64,000 bases of DNA from Gammaproteobacteria bacterium (GCA_020445415.1 JAGRGP010000030.1:14111-78110), one strand, 5' to 3'; numbered from the stretch's first letter, positions 10,237-20,947 are shown. Notes: generated by a model from the sequence alone, not told the origin. Numbers and translations: made by a program.

Positions 10237-10917
10237 TTACAGCGCTAACGGCCTGGCCAGCTCAGCGTTCAACCGTTCGGCGCGTTTGCGCTGCGCCTCC
10301 ACACGTTCCATCATCTCTGCCTGACGCAGTTCCATGCGCTCCTTCATTTCCGCACGTCGCTGTTTATCGGATTCGAGTCCGGGAGCGGCGGCCATCAACG
10401 CGTCCTGACGCGCCTCCATCTGCTTAATCAGCGCTTCATGGCGATTCTCAATAGCGGCCTCGAAAGGATGCCTAAGCGCAGCGGATTCTTCTAAAAACGG
10501 CTGAGGAAACTGCCCAGTTGGCACGATAAATTGCGCCTCATGCTGGCGTTGCGCCTCGATAGCCCGCTGAATGGCTTTGGTTTGTTGTTCAACAAATGCC
10601 CGTTGCTGACTTTCGAAGGCAGCTCGCTGTTCCTCTAATACTTGTTGCTGAGCCCGGTCGAGCGCCGGTGGAACCGCCGCGATCGGATAGCCGTGATAGG
10701 GGTACCCGTAACCATCATAACCCTGACCATACCCACGGCCGTGGCCACGCCCCCTACCTTGTGCACGCATACTGAAACTGAAGCCACCGTCGGCATAGCC
10801 GTCCGCTAAACCATCACCATACCCATGGTCACTCCAGGGTCCAGTACCCCAGGCAGCGGCAGTTGCGGAAACCACGGCCAGCGCGATAACAGCAGACATT
10901 TTTACTCTAATATTCAT
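10237..10917 (-). CDS. secreted Gly/Tyr-rich protein, sulfur-globule-protein (Sgp)-like head plus Gln/Glu/Arg-rich helical tail (long form, copy A)
   Basis: Start ATG 10917 with a GGAGAG SD. Signal peptide is MNIRVKMSAVIALAVVSATAAA|W. The head is [53 protein letters not shown] and the tail ends [13 protein letters not shown]. It is a paralog of 25027..25821. Confidence 0.6.
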   Translation of the reverse strand: MNIRVKMSAVIALAVVSATAAAWGTGPWSDHGYGDGLADGYADGGFSFSMRAQGRGRGHGRGYGQGYDGYGYPYHGYPIAAVPPALDRAQQQVLEEQRAAFESQQRAFVEQQTKAIQRAIEAQRQHEAQFIVPTGQFPQPFLEESAALRHPFEAAIENRHEALIKQMEARQDALMAAAPGLESDKQRRAEMKERMELRQAEMMERVEAQRKRAERLNAELARPLAL

Positions 10918-11153
10918 TTCATCTCTCCAAGTAAACTGAGTCATGACTTACCATGACCAGGGAACGGGAATACCTCTATATTCTGGAAAGAATAATATTA
11001 GAATATTCTTATTTTGTATAATTTAATTATCTTATTATTGGATATATGTTTTAAATGACTATGATCTGATCGGCAAATGTCTTGCCAAGATTTAGACGAC
11101 CCGATAGGTGCGAGCATGAGCACCTAATCTTATCGCCAATAGCTCTGCGGCCC

Positions 11154-11990
11154 TTACTGGGTTACCGGAGCTGGGCCGGGTCCCTGTTCGGCAGGAGCCT
11201 CTGGATCGACGCCCCCCTCCTCGCCAAGCAAGTCCGGATTGAATTCCAACACATCCTCATAAGGCTCGGGAGGGGGGTTCCCGTCGTAGATATCATAGCG
11301 GCGGCGCTGGAGATAGGCATCGCGAACAAACTGATAGGGGTCCAAGGCGGCTTGCTCAACCAGCCGACTGGCTCCTAACAGATCAGCCCGGCGGTCCACG
11401 AACCAGATTGACAACAGCGCAAACCTCAAGCCGTCCGTGGTGCTCACGTACCGGATCGGATCGGCGAGCCAGTCGAATACCAAGCCAACCGCGTCACGGC
11501 CCGTACTCGGACCAAACAAAGGTAGCACGATATAGGGCCCACTCTCCGCGCCCCAAACACCGAATGTCTGCCCAAAATCTTCATGATATCTGGGTAGATT
11601 CAAATTGGTCGCCACATCGAAAAAGCCGAGGAGGCCCAATGTGGTGTTGACCACTACCCGTCCCACATCGGTTCCCGCCCGTTGCAGTTTGACCTGGAGC
11701 AAGTTGTTAATGGCAGAACCGACGTCGCTCAAATTAGCGTAAAAGTTGGTAATACCCTTATCCACCGGCTCGGGCGTTATCGCCTTGTAGCCTTTTGCCA
11801 ATGGCTTGAAGATTGCTCGGTCCAGTCCATCGTTAAACTCGAACATCGAGCGATTGAATCCCTCCCAAGGGTCCCTCGGATCGTCGTATTCAGGGTTGGT
11901 GGCACATCCGGCCAACAGTGCGACAACAAGCGCAATTCCCGCCCCCTCGAGCCAACGCCAATATCCTGGCACGATCTTGTTATTGTCCAT
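11154..11990 (-). CDS. mlaA: MlaA/VacJ family outer-membrane lipoprotein
   Basis: Lipobox LLAGC. Core sequence DPWEGFNRSMFEFNDGLDRAIFKPLAKGYKAITPEPVDKGITNFYANL is typical of MlaA. Start taken at MDNNK (11990). Confidence 0.85.
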   Translation of the reverse strand: MDNNKIVPGYWRWLEGAGIALVVALLAGCATNPEYDDPRDPWEGFNRSMFEFNDGLDRAIFKPLAKGYKAITPEPVDKGITNFYANLSDVGSAINNLLQVKLQRAGTDVGRVVVNTTLGLLGFFDVATNLNLPRYHEDFGQTFGVWGAESGPYIVLPLFGPSTGRDAVGLVFDWLADPIRYVSTTDGLRFALLSIWFVDRRADLLGASRLVEQAALDPYQFVRDAYLQRRRYDIYDGNPPPEPYEDVLEFNPDLLGEEGGVDPEAPAEQGPGPAPVTQ

Positions 11991-12100
11991 ATCTAGTGGC
12001 ACCAAGGTAACCGTCAGTAAACCAAACCGCCTCCAAAGGAAGGGTAGGAATCTAACATAACAGTGTCATTTCCTCATCCTAATAATGGCCACCGGCATCG

Positions 12101-12973
12101 TCAGTAGACTCGATCTACCCTAAACCCCTTACTCTGCAACAACGCCAGCAATCCCTGGTTACCGGGGAGGTGCAAAGCCCCCACCGCCACAAAACGGCCA
12201 CCCCCGCTGAGCAAATCATCCAACCGATCACTCATGCGCCGGTTGCGGGCATATATCAGCGCCTCTTCCAGTCTGGCAATCCGGCCCGCGTCCTGTTGTT
12301 GGTAGCCTTCCCGACTGAGGGAAACTAAAGCCCCGAGATCCCGCTCCAGATAGGCCGCTTTCAATTTCCGAAAAAACATCGGCAATTCTGGACGATTGTT
12401 TAACGCGTCCTCGAGCAGCGCTAGCTGATCCTCCAGTGAAAGATCCGACAATCCGGCAAGCTGTTCTTGGGCAGATTCCAGTGTTTGGACCTGCTTTCCG
12501 CGTTCCTGGGCCGCCTGGTAAAGCACCCAATCGAGAAACCGCCCATTCTCAAAGGATGGAACCGAAAATAGCATTGCCAGTGCCCATGGCCGGAAATAGG
12601 GCAACGCGGGCTCCGCAATTCCAGCATCCTCCGCAGCCGCCAAACACCGGCGGTAAACAGACTCGCCCAACAGCGACTGCAAATCCTGCTGCTCCTCGGA
12701 AACCATCAACGCCATCGCCACAACCAGATTTTCGGGATCCAGGCTGGTCTCGAGCACCAGTACCCGGCTGTCGTCAAATGCCTGCTTTACCACTGCGGGT
12801 ATCCGCACCACATCCGGATGATCGGAATGCATGGTGCCAAACAGATAGCTTGGTGTCTCATTGTCGAACTGCACGCGAAACAAGAGACCCTTAGAGAAAG
12901 GAGCATCGCCGCACACCGGCAACGCCACCAGCAATGCGAACAGTAAAAGATATCGGCGAGCCATGTGCAGCAT
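12101..12973 (-). CDS. TraB/GumN family protein (secreted)
   Basis: Start at ATG 12973 gives the signal peptide MLHMARRYLLLFALLVALPVCG. Motifs GTMHSDHPDV and GALHLPGNQG are characteristic of TraB/GumN. Confidence 0.75.
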   Translation of the reverse strand: MLHMARRYLLLFALLVALPVCGDAPFSKGLLFRVQFDNETPSYLFGTMHSDHPDVVRIPAVVKQAFDDSRVLVLETSLDPENLVVAMALMVSEEQQDLQSLLGESVYRRCLAAAEDAGIAEPALPYFRPWALAMLFSVPSFENGRFLDWVLYQAAQERGKQVQTLESAQEQLAGLSDLSLEDQLALLEDALNNRPELPMFFRKLKAAYLERDLGALVSLSREGYQQQDAGRIARLEEALIYARNRRMSDRLDDLLSGGGRFVAVGALHLPGNQGLLALLQSKGFRVDRVY

Positions 12974-13058
12974 CGTGAGTGCCTCTGGTTTATTTCCGCC
13001 CATGGGTTGAAGTAAGCTGTCGCGGCGATGATCGCATACCCGGCGAGCATGCATACCC

Positions 13059-13721
13059 GTGGAAAACAAGATGCCACAATCCGTTAACGAACCCGCGTAC
13101 TCCCCTACCATAGCACAGCGGTTTCGCGGGTTTCTGCCGGTAGTCGTGGACGTGGAAACCGGCGGCTTCGACCCCGAACACGACGCGCTGCTAGAGATAG
13201 CCGTTGCGATTCTGGCCCTGGATCCTGAAGGAATGCTCTATCCGGCCGAGTCGCACTTTTGCCACGTCGAGCCTTTTCCTGGCGCCAATCTCGACCCTCG
13301 GGCGCTCGAATTTAACGGGATCGATCCCCATCACCCATTTCGGATGGCCCTCCCCGAGAAAAAGGCCTTGCAAGGGATAACTCAACCGATACGCAAGGCC
13401 GTCAAGCAGAGTGGCTGCACCCGGGCCATTCTAGTGGGGCACAACGCATTCTTCGATCTCAATTTCATCAATGCCGCTGTGCGACGAACGGGCTTTAAGC
13501 ACAACCCCTTTCATCCATTTTGTACCTTCGACACGGTTTCACTGGCAGGACTCGCTTACGGTCAAACGGTACTAGCTCGTTCGGTGCAAGCAGCGGGGCT
13601 GGAGTGGGACGGCGGCGAAGCTCACTCGGCGGTCTACGATACCAGTAAAACCGCCGAACTATTCTGCACAATCGTTAACCGCTGGCAGCAGATGGATAGC
13701 CTGCGGCCCTGGGAGTCATAA
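13059..13721 (+). CDS. rnt: ribonuclease T
   Basis: 220 aa with DEDDh exonuclease motifs [25 protein letters not shown] and HSAVYD. Confidence 0.9.
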   Translation: MENKMPQSVNEPAYSPTIAQRFRGFLPVVVDVETGGFDPEHDALLEIAVAILALDPEGMLYPAESHFCHVEPFPGANLDPRALEFNGIDPHHPFRMALPEKKALQGITQPIRKAVKQSGCTRAILVGHNAFFDLNFINAAVRRTGFKHNPFHPFCTFDTVSLAGLAYGQTVLARSVQAAGLEWDGGEAHSAVYDTSKTAELFCTIVNRWQQMDSLRPWES

Positions 13722-13811
13722 TCGTTCGCACCGGACATCCCGTGGCATTCGATCAGCCTGAACGTCCACTCGGGCACGGCTGCTCCCCCGCCTGTTACCT
13801 AAGTGGCGACA

Positions 13812-14144
13812 TTAGTTACTCTCAGGCCAATTCTTGGCCGCCTCTGCAGCCATCTTCTGCAATTCTCCGCTTCCGTGGAGTTCCAAGGTAATGTCACAAC
13901 CTCCCACCAGTTCCCCGTTGATATAAAGCTGTGGAAACGTTGGCCAATCCGCGTAGCGGGGCAAATTCTCAAAAATCTCAGGATCCGCCAGTACGTTGAC
14001 GTATGCAAACTTTTCGCCGCAATCCTGGAGCGCTGCCGCCGCTCGGGAGGAGAAGCCACACTGAGGAAATTGTGGGGTTCCCTTCATGTAGAGCACGATG
14101 GGGTTGTTTTCCACCTGCTCCCTGATTCTATCCAATACATCCAT
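13812..14144 (-). CDS. grxD: Grx4-family monothiol glutaredoxin
   Basis: 110 aa. Contains PIVLYMKGTPQFPQCGFS with the CGFS active site, and WPTFPQLYINGELVGG. Confidence 0.93.
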   Translation of the reverse strand: MDVLDRIREQVENNPIVLYMKGTPQFPQCGFSSRAAAALQDCGEKFAYVNVLADPEIFENLPRYADWPTFPQLYINGELVGGCDITLELHGSGELQKMAAEAAKNWPESN

Positions 14145-14264
14145 CTACATTACCTCGCTAAGACGTGGTTACCGGAACAGGTTTATGGGGACAGAAACCC
14201 CCAACTTCAAGTATAGGGGAGTCTAACCACTGAACCGGAAAGAAAAAACCTTGCAACGCGCAGG

Positions 14265-14717
14265 TCAAACCCAGCGACTTACACCAATCGCTGAAGTGAC
14301 CAGGCCGATCACCAGGTTGATACCGATGATGCGCCTTATCAACGCCATCTGAACACCGGCTGCCGGAATAGCGCCACTCTGCAGTGCTTGGCCCAAACGT
14401 CGATAGGGAACGAAATAAATGAAACAGAACAAGGTAATCATAACTATACCAAGGCCCTGCATAAGGTGAACGTACAAACCCCCTTGCCCGTCCCACAGTC
14501 CCAGCAAGATCCAGTAACCGCTTCCAAGAATGCCGACAACGGCAATCCAAACCCACCGAAAGAACCGATCCAGCACCGCCTTCAGCAACGGCAACCTGAC
14601 CGGCGGTTCCAATAGCTGGGCCGCCGCGGGCCGTAACGCCATGTGCGCAAAGAACATGCCCCCTACCCAGACAATCACACCAAGCAGATGCAACGTCACC
14701 GCGATCGATTGAGTCAT
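14265..14717 (-). CDS. CopD-like small integral membrane protein (4 TM)
   Basis: 150 aa and hydrophobic: HLLGVIVWVGGMFFAHMALRP. The start overlaps the asnB-like stop as ATGA. The family assignment is from memory only. Confidence 0.45.
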   Translation of the reverse strand: MTQSIAVTLHLLGVIVWVGGMFFAHMALRPAAAQLLEPPVRLPLLKAVLDRFFRWVWIAVVGILGSGYWILLGLWDGQGGLYVHLMQGLGIVMITLFCFIYFVPYRRLGQALQSGAIPAAGVQMALIRRIIGINLVIGLVTSAIGVSRWV

Positions 14718-16498
14718 GCCACACCATCAACGTTTCGTTGCAGCCACAACTCTAACAACGCCAGGTGCCAAAGTTTGCTGCCCCGCAGCCGGGTATGGTG
14801 CATTTCCGGCGCCGACAGCAGCAGGTCCACATAGGCCGGGGCGTACAGTCCTCTCTCCCGGCAGGCCCGCGATAGCAGGATGTCTTTCATAAAATCGAGA
14901 AATTCACCACGCACGTACTTCAGTGCCGGCATGGGAAAGTAACCTTTGGGCCGGTCGATTACCGCGTCCGGGAGCAGCCCCCGCGCCATCGCCTTCAGGG
15001 GATACTTTCCACCTTCACGCAGTTTTAGCTCAGGGGGGCAGCGTGCCGCCAACTCCACCAATTGATGATCAAGAAAGGGAACCCGAGCCTCAAGACCCCA
15101 GGCCATCGTCATATTATCAACCCGCTTCACGGGGTCGTCCACTATCAAGGTAGAGACATCCATGTGCAAAACCGCATCCATGAAACTGTCGGCTTCGGCA
15201 TCAGCTAACAGGGCAGCTACCCGGGCCGTCGTGTAGTCCTCGCCTCGGTACGCCGGAGAGACGGTGTGAAGGAACTCCTCGTGATCTCGGTCAAAATAGT
15301 GACGGGCAAATCGCTGCACGGGACTCCCCTCGGTCTCCGCCATCATCAGCGGATACCAAAAGTAACCCCCAAACACTTCGTCGGCTCCCTGCCCAGACTG
15401 CACGACCTTGATCTCCCGGGACACCTGCTCACCCAGCAGATAAAATGCCACGGCGTCTTGCCCAAACATCGGCTCCGCCATGGCGTCTACCGTTTCCGGT
15501 AATCGTTTCAGCACCTCATGGTTGGGCACCAGGAACTTATGATGCCGGGTGCCATAGCGTTCGACGACTGCGTCGGAATACTCAAATTCATTACCGCTTT
15601 CGTGAGGGTGATCCTCGAATCCGACGGAGAAGGTACGTAAATCCGATACGCCCGCCTCAGCCAATAGGGCGACCAGCAGGCTGGAGTCCAAACCACCGGA
15701 GAGCAACACTCCCACCGGAACATCGGCGATTTCGTTGCGTGTTTTCACGGCATCGCGCAAGCAGGCGTGAATTTCATCCAGCCACTGCGGCTCACTCAGG
15801 GGCTGAGGTAAACGGGTGGCGGGAAAACGCCAGTAGCAGCGGCTCGTTTGTTCTCCAGAGGCCTCGACCTTCAGGCAGTGTCCGGGAGGCAGTTTGCGGA
15901 TACCTCGCAGTACAGTGCCTGGGGCAGGAATCACGCCGTGCAAGGTAAGCTGATAATGCAGCCCCTCCGGATCGATACGGGTGTCTACACCGCCGGCTGC
16001 CAATAACGCCTGAGTGTTGGAGGCAAACCTAAAGCGCGTCGGGTCAGCTGTGTAATAGAAGGGCTTGATCCCCAACCGATCCCGGGCCAAAAACAACTGC
16101 TTGCTCCGCTGGTCCCAAATGGCAAATGCGAACATACCGTGGAGCCGCTCGACGCAAGCATCCCCCCACGCATGCCATGCCTTTAGGATCACCTCGGTAT
16201 CGCTGTCCGAATAGAAATGGTAGCCACGCCCCTTGAGCTCGGCGCGAAGAACGGGGTAGTTATAGATGGTGCCATTGAAAACGAGGGCCAGCCCCAGTTC
16301 CTGATCGACCATGGGCTGATTGGCATGTTCGGACAGATCGATGATCGCCAGCCGGCGATGGCCAAAGCCCAGGGAGCCATCACTGTAACTCCCCCCGTGA
16401 TCCGGCCCCCGGCGTTCCAGCCTAGCCGTCATCCGCTGGATAGCAGTCAGATCCGCAGCCTTGCCGTCAATACGCAGTTCACCGCATATCCCACACAT
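14714..16498 (-). CDS. asparagine synthase family glutamine amidotransferase (AsnB/AsnO type)
   Basis: Start at ATG 16498 gives the N-terminal nucleophile MCGICGE. PP-loop is GVLLSGGLDSS. Also has QGADEVFGGY and DPVKRVDNMTMAWGLEARVPFLD. Confidence 0.85.
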   Translation of the reverse strand: MCGICGELRIDGKAADLTAIQRMTARLERRGPDHGGSYSDGSLGFGHRRLAIIDLSEHANQPMVDQELGLALVFNGTIYNYPVLRAELKGRGYHFYSDSDTEVILKAWHAWGDACVERLHGMFAFAIWDQRSKQLFLARDRLGIKPFYYTADPTRFRFASNTQALLAAGGVDTRIDPEGLHYQLTLHGVIPAPGTVLRGIRKLPPGHCLKVEASGEQTSRCYWRFPATRLPQPLSEPQWLDEIHACLRDAVKTRNEIADVPVGVLLSGGLDSSLLVALLAEAGVSDLRTFSVGFEDHPHESGNEFEYSDAVVERYGTRHHKFLVPNHEVLKRLPETVDAMAEPMFGQDAVAFYLLGEQVSREIKVVQSGQGADEVFGGYFWYPLMMAETEGSPVQRFARHYFDRDHEEFLHTVSPAYRGEDYTTARVAALLADAEADSFMDAVLHMDVSTLIVDDPVKRVDNMTMAWGLEARVPFLDHQLVELAARCPPELKLREGGKYPLKAMARGLLPDAVIDRPKGYFPMPALKYVRGEFLDFMKDILLSRACRERGLYAPAYVDLLLSAPEMHHTRLRGSKLWHLALLELWLQRNVDGVA

Positions 16499-16636
16499 TC
16501 CAGGACACCCCAAGTTGAATAGGGCCGCCACCCGTTGAACTCCGAGGCGTTCGAGCACGCGCCCACCGGTGGACTAGCCGTATGCGAATTATGCCATACT
16601 CTAGACGCATTACTCTTGTCTAACCGGGAGCGGCTT

Positions 16637-18076
16637 ATGCCATCTGGAGATATCGGCCTGATCGGTCTTGGGGTCATGGGACAGAACCTGGCTCTCAACA
16701 TGAATGACCACGGCTTTGCCGTGGTGGTCCACAACCGATCCCGGGAACGCATGGACAGATTCCTCCAGGGTCCCGCCCAAGGTACGGAGATCATACCCGC
16801 GGACGACCTACCGACCCTCTGCGCCGCGCTCCGCCGCCCCCGCAAACTGTTGTTGATGGTACGCGCCGGGGATGCCGTCGACCAGCTACTGGCCCGCCTG
16901 CTGCCACAATTAGAACCCGGCGACATCGTGGTGGATGGCGGTAATTCCCATTTTGCCGACAGTGAACGCCGCTACCATGAACTCGCCGCGCACGGCATCC
17001 GGTTCGTTGGTTGCGGCATCTCGGGCGGAGAAGAGGGCGCCCGCCGCGGGCCCTCGGTAATGCCGGGCGGCGATGTTCTCGCTTGGCCCGAATTGAGACC
17101 CTTGCTGCAATCCATCGCTGCCAAAGTGGATGGCGTACCCTGTTGCCAATGGGTTGGCCCGGGAGGGGCAGGACACTACGTCAAGATGGTGCACAACGGA
17201 ATCGAATACGCGGATATGCAGCTGATCAGCGAAGCCTATCACCTGATGCGCGTTGGATTGGGTATGACGCCCGAACAAATTAAAGATACCTTTCTTCAAT
17301 GGAACAGGGGCGCCTTGGAATCCTACCTGATCGAGATCACCGCCCATGTGTTGGGACAGATGGATAGCAATGGCGTACCGCTGATAGACAATATTCTGGA
17401 TGCGGCGAAACAGAAAGGTACCGGAAAATGGACCAGTATCAGCGCGCTAGAACTTGGCGCGCCCCTATCGTTGATCGACGAGGCGGTATTCGCCCGTTAT
17501 CTGTCTACTCGCAAAGAAGAACGACAACATGCTCAAACGGCATACTCCCTGTCATCGGTCGCATTCAGCGGCGATCTACACTCCGCCGTTGCCCACCTGC
17601 ACGATGCACTGTATGCCTCCAAAATCATCGCCTATGCCCAGGGCTTTATGCTGTTGCGAGAGGCTGCCCAGGCCTATCGATGGACGCTAAGCTACCGGGA
17701 TATCGCCTTGACCTGGCGCGGTGGATGCATTATCCGCAGCCGTTTTCTCAACAATATCGGTGAGGCATTCGCCAACCATCCCCAACTGCGGAATCTACTC
17801 CTGGATGATTACTTTGTCCGCCAAGTAAGCGGAGCCGAGCCCGGCTGGCGGCAGGCCCTTCGGCTTGCTATCGAATTGGGCATACCCGTACCCGCCATGG
17901 CCGCTGGATTGAGCTTTTTTGATAGCTACCGGAGAGGCCGCCTGCCCGCCAATCTCATTCAAGCCCAGCGTGATTACTTCGGCGCCCACGGATACGAGCG
18001 AATCGATCGCCCCCGGGGCGAGGTGCACCACAGCGACTGGTCCCGTTCCGGTGAACCGGCATCAGGAGAAGAATAA
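16637..18076 (+). CDS. gnd: 6-phosphogluconate dehydrogenase, decarboxylating
   Basis: Start ATG 16637; the upstream ORF extension is not homologous. NADP fold [17 protein letters not shown], plus [19 protein letters not shown] and IRSRFL. Confidence 0.93.
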   Translation: MPSGDIGLIGLGVMGQNLALNMNDHGFAVVVHNRSRERMDRFLQGPAQGTEIIPADDLPTLCAALRRPRKLLLMVRAGDAVDQLLARLLPQLEPGDIVVDGGNSHFADSERRYHELAAHGIRFVGCGISGGEEGARRGPSVMPGGDVLAWPELRPLLQSIAAKVDGVPCCQWVGPGGAGHYVKMVHNGIEYADMQLISEAYHLMRVGLGMTPEQIKDTFLQWNRGALESYLIEITAHVLGQMDSNGVPLIDNILDAAKQKGTGKWTSISALELGAPLSLIDEAVFARYLSTRKEERQHAQTAYSLSSVAFSGDLHSAVAHLHDALYASKIIAYAQGFMLLREAAQAYRWTLSYRDIALTWRGGCIIRSRFLNNIGEAFANHPQLRNLLLDDYFVRQVSGAEPGWRQALRLAIELGIPVPAMAAGLSFFDSYRRGRLPANLIQAQRDYFGAHGYERIDRPRGEVHHSDWSRSGEPASGEE

Positions 18077-18078
18077 CG

Positions 18079-19554
18079 GTGGCTTCTCCCTGTCATTACG
18101 TGATTTTTGGTGCCACAGGCAACCTCTGCCGGATTAAGCTGATGCCCGCACTCTACCATCTGGACGCGCTGGGCTTGCTGCATTCCGATACTCGTATCCT
18201 GGCACTGGGGCGCCGACCTTGGGACCGCGAAAAATTATTGGATACGGTTCGCCAATGGCTGCAGGAGAATGCCAAAGTAACCCTCGACACTACCACTTTC
18301 CAACGATTCGCGGGCCGGTTGGATTATTTACGGGGGGATATCGGCGAGCCGGAGATGTACCTGCGACTTGGAGCAGTGCTCGAGGGAGCGACCTACCATC
18401 AGGGCATCGTTTACTACCTGGCCGTGGGACCCGAGCACTTTTCTCCCGTCATAGCACGGCTTGGAAATAGCGGATTGCTGCAAGAAGGCATTAGCTGGAG
18501 ACGGGTAGTGATAGAAAAGCCGTTTGGCCGCGACCTTAAAAGCGCCCAAGACCTGCAACAGGGATTATCGAACTACCTTGCCGAGGGACAGATTTACCGG
18601 ATCGACCACTACTTGGGTAAGCGCACAGTGCAAAATGTCCTGGTGTTTCGCTTCGCCAACACCCTGATGGAACCGTTGTGGAACCGCAACTACATCGAGC
18701 AGGTACAGATTACCCACGCGGAAACCCTGGGGGTAGGTGGGCGCGCTGGGTTTTACGATACCACCGGCGCCATGCGGGACATGATTCAAAGCCATCTACT
18801 GCAACTCCTTACTCTGGTGGCAATGGAGCCACCTGCCTCCATGGAGGCCGAATCACTGCGGGACGAAAAGGTAAAAGTACTTAAATCGGTGCGGCCGATC
18901 GAGAAAGATCGGACCCGGGACCACGCCATCCGCGGCCGTTACGGGCCCGGACTGATAAACGGTCAGGCCGTGCCCGGTTATGCTCAGGAAGCGGACGTAC
19001 GCCCGGAACGAGGTACGGAGACCTACGCGGCACTCAAACTCTACATAGATAACTGGCGCTGGCGAGATGTTCCTTTCTACCTACAAACCGGCAAACGGCT
19101 GGCCCAGCAGCAGTCGCTGATCGCGATCCGCTTCCGCCACCCGCCCCAGCAACTCTTCCGGGGTACCCAGGCGGGACAAATGAAGCAAAATTGGGTACTG
19201 CTGGGCATTCAGCCCTGCGAATGCCTCAGAATGGAGATGACAGTCAAGGCACCCGGTCTGGACATGCGCACCCGCCAGATCAGCCTGGACGCCAGCCTTC
19301 ACCGCCAGGGCGATGGATTGACCGAAGCATACGAAGAACTGTTGCTGGACGTGGTAGAGGGTGACCGCTCGTTATTCCTGCGTTACGACGAGGTGGCGCA
19401 AGCCTGGCAGGTAATCGATCCGATACTGGACAACTGGTCCTCGCACACTGCAGATCTCCTGGAATACCCCTTGGGCTCATGGGGGCCAGAAGGAGACAAC
19501 CCTCTGTTCGAAACAGGCCAGCGCTGGCGCCGCAGCCTAGATCTTGAAGACTGA
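18079..19554 (+). CDS. zwf: glucose-6-phosphate dehydrogenase
   Basis: 491 aa, GTG start. Motifs FGATGNL, the signature RIDHYLGK, and EKPFGRDL. Confidence 0.95.
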   Translation: MASPCHYVIFGATGNLCRIKLMPALYHLDALGLLHSDTRILALGRRPWDREKLLDTVRQWLQENAKVTLDTTTFQRFAGRLDYLRGDIGEPEMYLRLGAVLEGATYHQGIVYYLAVGPEHFSPVIARLGNSGLLQEGISWRRVVIEKPFGRDLKSAQDLQQGLSNYLAEGQIYRIDHYLGKRTVQNVLVFRFANTLMEPLWNRNYIEQVQITHAETLGVGGRAGFYDTTGAMRDMIQSHLLQLLTLVAMEPPASMEAESLRDEKVKVLKSVRPIEKDRTRDHAIRGRYGPGLINGQAVPGYAQEADVRPERGTETYAALKLYIDNWRWRDVPFYLQTGKRLAQQQSLIAIRFRHPPQQLFRGTQAGQMKQNWVLLGIQPCECLRMEMTVKAPGLDMRTRQISLDASLHRQGDGLTEAYEELLLDVVEGDRSLFLRYDEVAQAWQVIDPILDNWSSHTADLLEYPLGSWGPEGDNPLFETGQRWRRSLDLED

Positions 19555-19560
19555 GAGGCA

Positions 19561-20277
19561 ATGAAATGGACCTTGCTGGATAATCAAGAAATGGTGGCCC
19601 AGGTCGCCTGTGAGCGGGTATTGGCCGCGGCCTGCAAGGCCATCTCGGAGCGCGGTACCTTTCGCATCGTGCTAGCCGGCGGGAACACGCCGGAACGCTG
19701 TTACCGGCGGCTATCTTCCTCGGCCAGCGACTGGGAACACTGGTACGTATACTTCGGCGACGAACGCTGCCTGCCCGAAGACGATCCTAGGCGCAATAGC
19801 CGCATGGCAGCCGGAACCCTGACCGGGAAGGTTCCGATCCCCGTGGGACAGATTCACCCTATTCCGGTGGAGCTTGGCGCGGAAGCCGCCGTCAGGCACT
19901 ACACCCGGATCGTTAACGATGCCATGCCATTCGATCTGGCCTTGATGGGGGTGGGCGAGGATGGTCACACCGCCAGTTTGTTTCCCGGACACCACCATAA
20001 CGAGGGATTGTCCGTAGTTCCGGTGTATCATGCCCCCAAGCCCCCAGCCGAACGCGTGAGTCTCGGCCCGGCGGCATTTAGGGCGTGTCGGCAGTTGTTA
20101 TTTTTGGCGACCGGGTCCGGCAAACGGCAACCCCTGGTGAGCTGGCGCGACGGAAACGATCTGCCGGCGGCCAGAATCGCCGTTGCCAGCCGTTCGGAAA
20201 TCCTTGTAGACCGGGCTGCCTGGGGATGTCAGGATAGTTCGCGGAACCCCCGGGGAACACCGAAGTCGGAACACTAA
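19561..20277 (+). CDS. pgl: 6-phosphogluconolactonase
   Basis: 238 aa with LAGGNTP, FGDERCLP and GEDGHTASLFP. Directly follows zwf. Confidence 0.9.
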   Translation: MKWTLLDNQEMVAQVACERVLAAACKAISERGTFRIVLAGGNTPERCYRRLSSSASDWEHWYVYFGDERCLPEDDPRRNSRMAAGTLTGKVPIPVGQIHPIPVELGAEAAVRHYTRIVNDAMPFDLALMGVGEDGHTASLFPGHHHNEGLSVVPVYHAPKPPAERVSLGPAAFRACRQLLFLATGSGKRQPLVSWRDGNDLPAARIAVASRSEILVDRAAWGCQDSSRNPRGTPKSEH

Positions 20278-20343
20278 GGACAATGCGGATTGTCCGGCCG
20301 ACATCTAACCGAAAACCACCGACCGTTTACAAGGAATGACATC

Positions 20344-20790
20344 ATGACATCACTCAACGTGTTGATCGGAATCTGCCTCTTGACACTGACTTGCCTCGCG
20401 CAAGCGTCGGATCTGGTAAAGAAACCCAGCCAGGGCAGCGTCCAGGAAACCATGGACAGACTGGAGTCCATTGTGACGAGTAAAGGGCTAACCATCTTCA
20501 ATCGTATTGATCACCAGGCCAATGCGGCAGGTGCCGGAATGGAGATGTCCTCCGCTCAGGTATTGATCTTCGGAAATCCTAAGATGGGGACGGCCATTAT
20601 GAAACAAGATGCGGGCGCGGGGCTCGATCTCCCTTTGCGGGTGTTGGTTTACCAAGACGCCGAGGGTCAAACCTGGATCAGTTACCACGATCCTGCGGGG
20701 TTACGGGATCAACATCAGCTGGAAGGAAATCCGGCCGTCGACAAGGCAGCTGAAGCTATCGGAAAACTAACCGATGGAGCACTGCGTTGA
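20344..20790 (+). CDS. DUF302 domain protein, secreted
   Basis: Start ATG 20344 gives the signal peptide [21 protein letters not shown]. The core [33 protein letters not shown] matches DUF302. Confidence 0.75.
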   Translation: MTSLNVLIGICLLTLTCLAQASDLVKKPSQGSVQETMDRLESIVTSKGLTIFNRIDHQANAAGAGMEMSSAQVLIFGNPKMGTAIMKQDAGAGLDLPLRVLVYQDAEGQTWISYHDPAGLRDQHQLEGNPAVDKAAEAIGKLTDGALR

Positions 20791-20947
20791 GGCAGGGAAT
20801 CAAACGGCTCAGCGCCCTACCGCACTGGAACCCGGTTGCATTCGTCCGCACCGCGAATTAGAATGCCAACGATTATTTACCAAGTGTATTACTAGGTTTT
20901 TATTTTTCCATTATTCTGCCTTTGATGGCTCAAGGAGAACAGTAGCG

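Noticed and set aside
10991-11001. 10-mer ATAATATTAG shared by the upstream regions of the two Sgp loci (also at 26408..26417).
   Set aside because: Both regions are about 75-80% AT. A rough estimate gives one or more chance 10-mer matches between two 150-bp AT-rich segments. This is not evidence for a common operator without further copies.
16535-16636. N-terminal extensions offered by the ORF track for gnd. The same issue applies to sodB (20774), dxs (39369), cbbR (40477), tauE (24895), ppk2 (45398), DAHP synthase (44147), plsY (58487) and the TraB/GumN gene (13111).
   Set aside because: The homologous family sequence starts at an internal ATG in each case. The extensions have non-protein-like composition or overlap divergent promoters.
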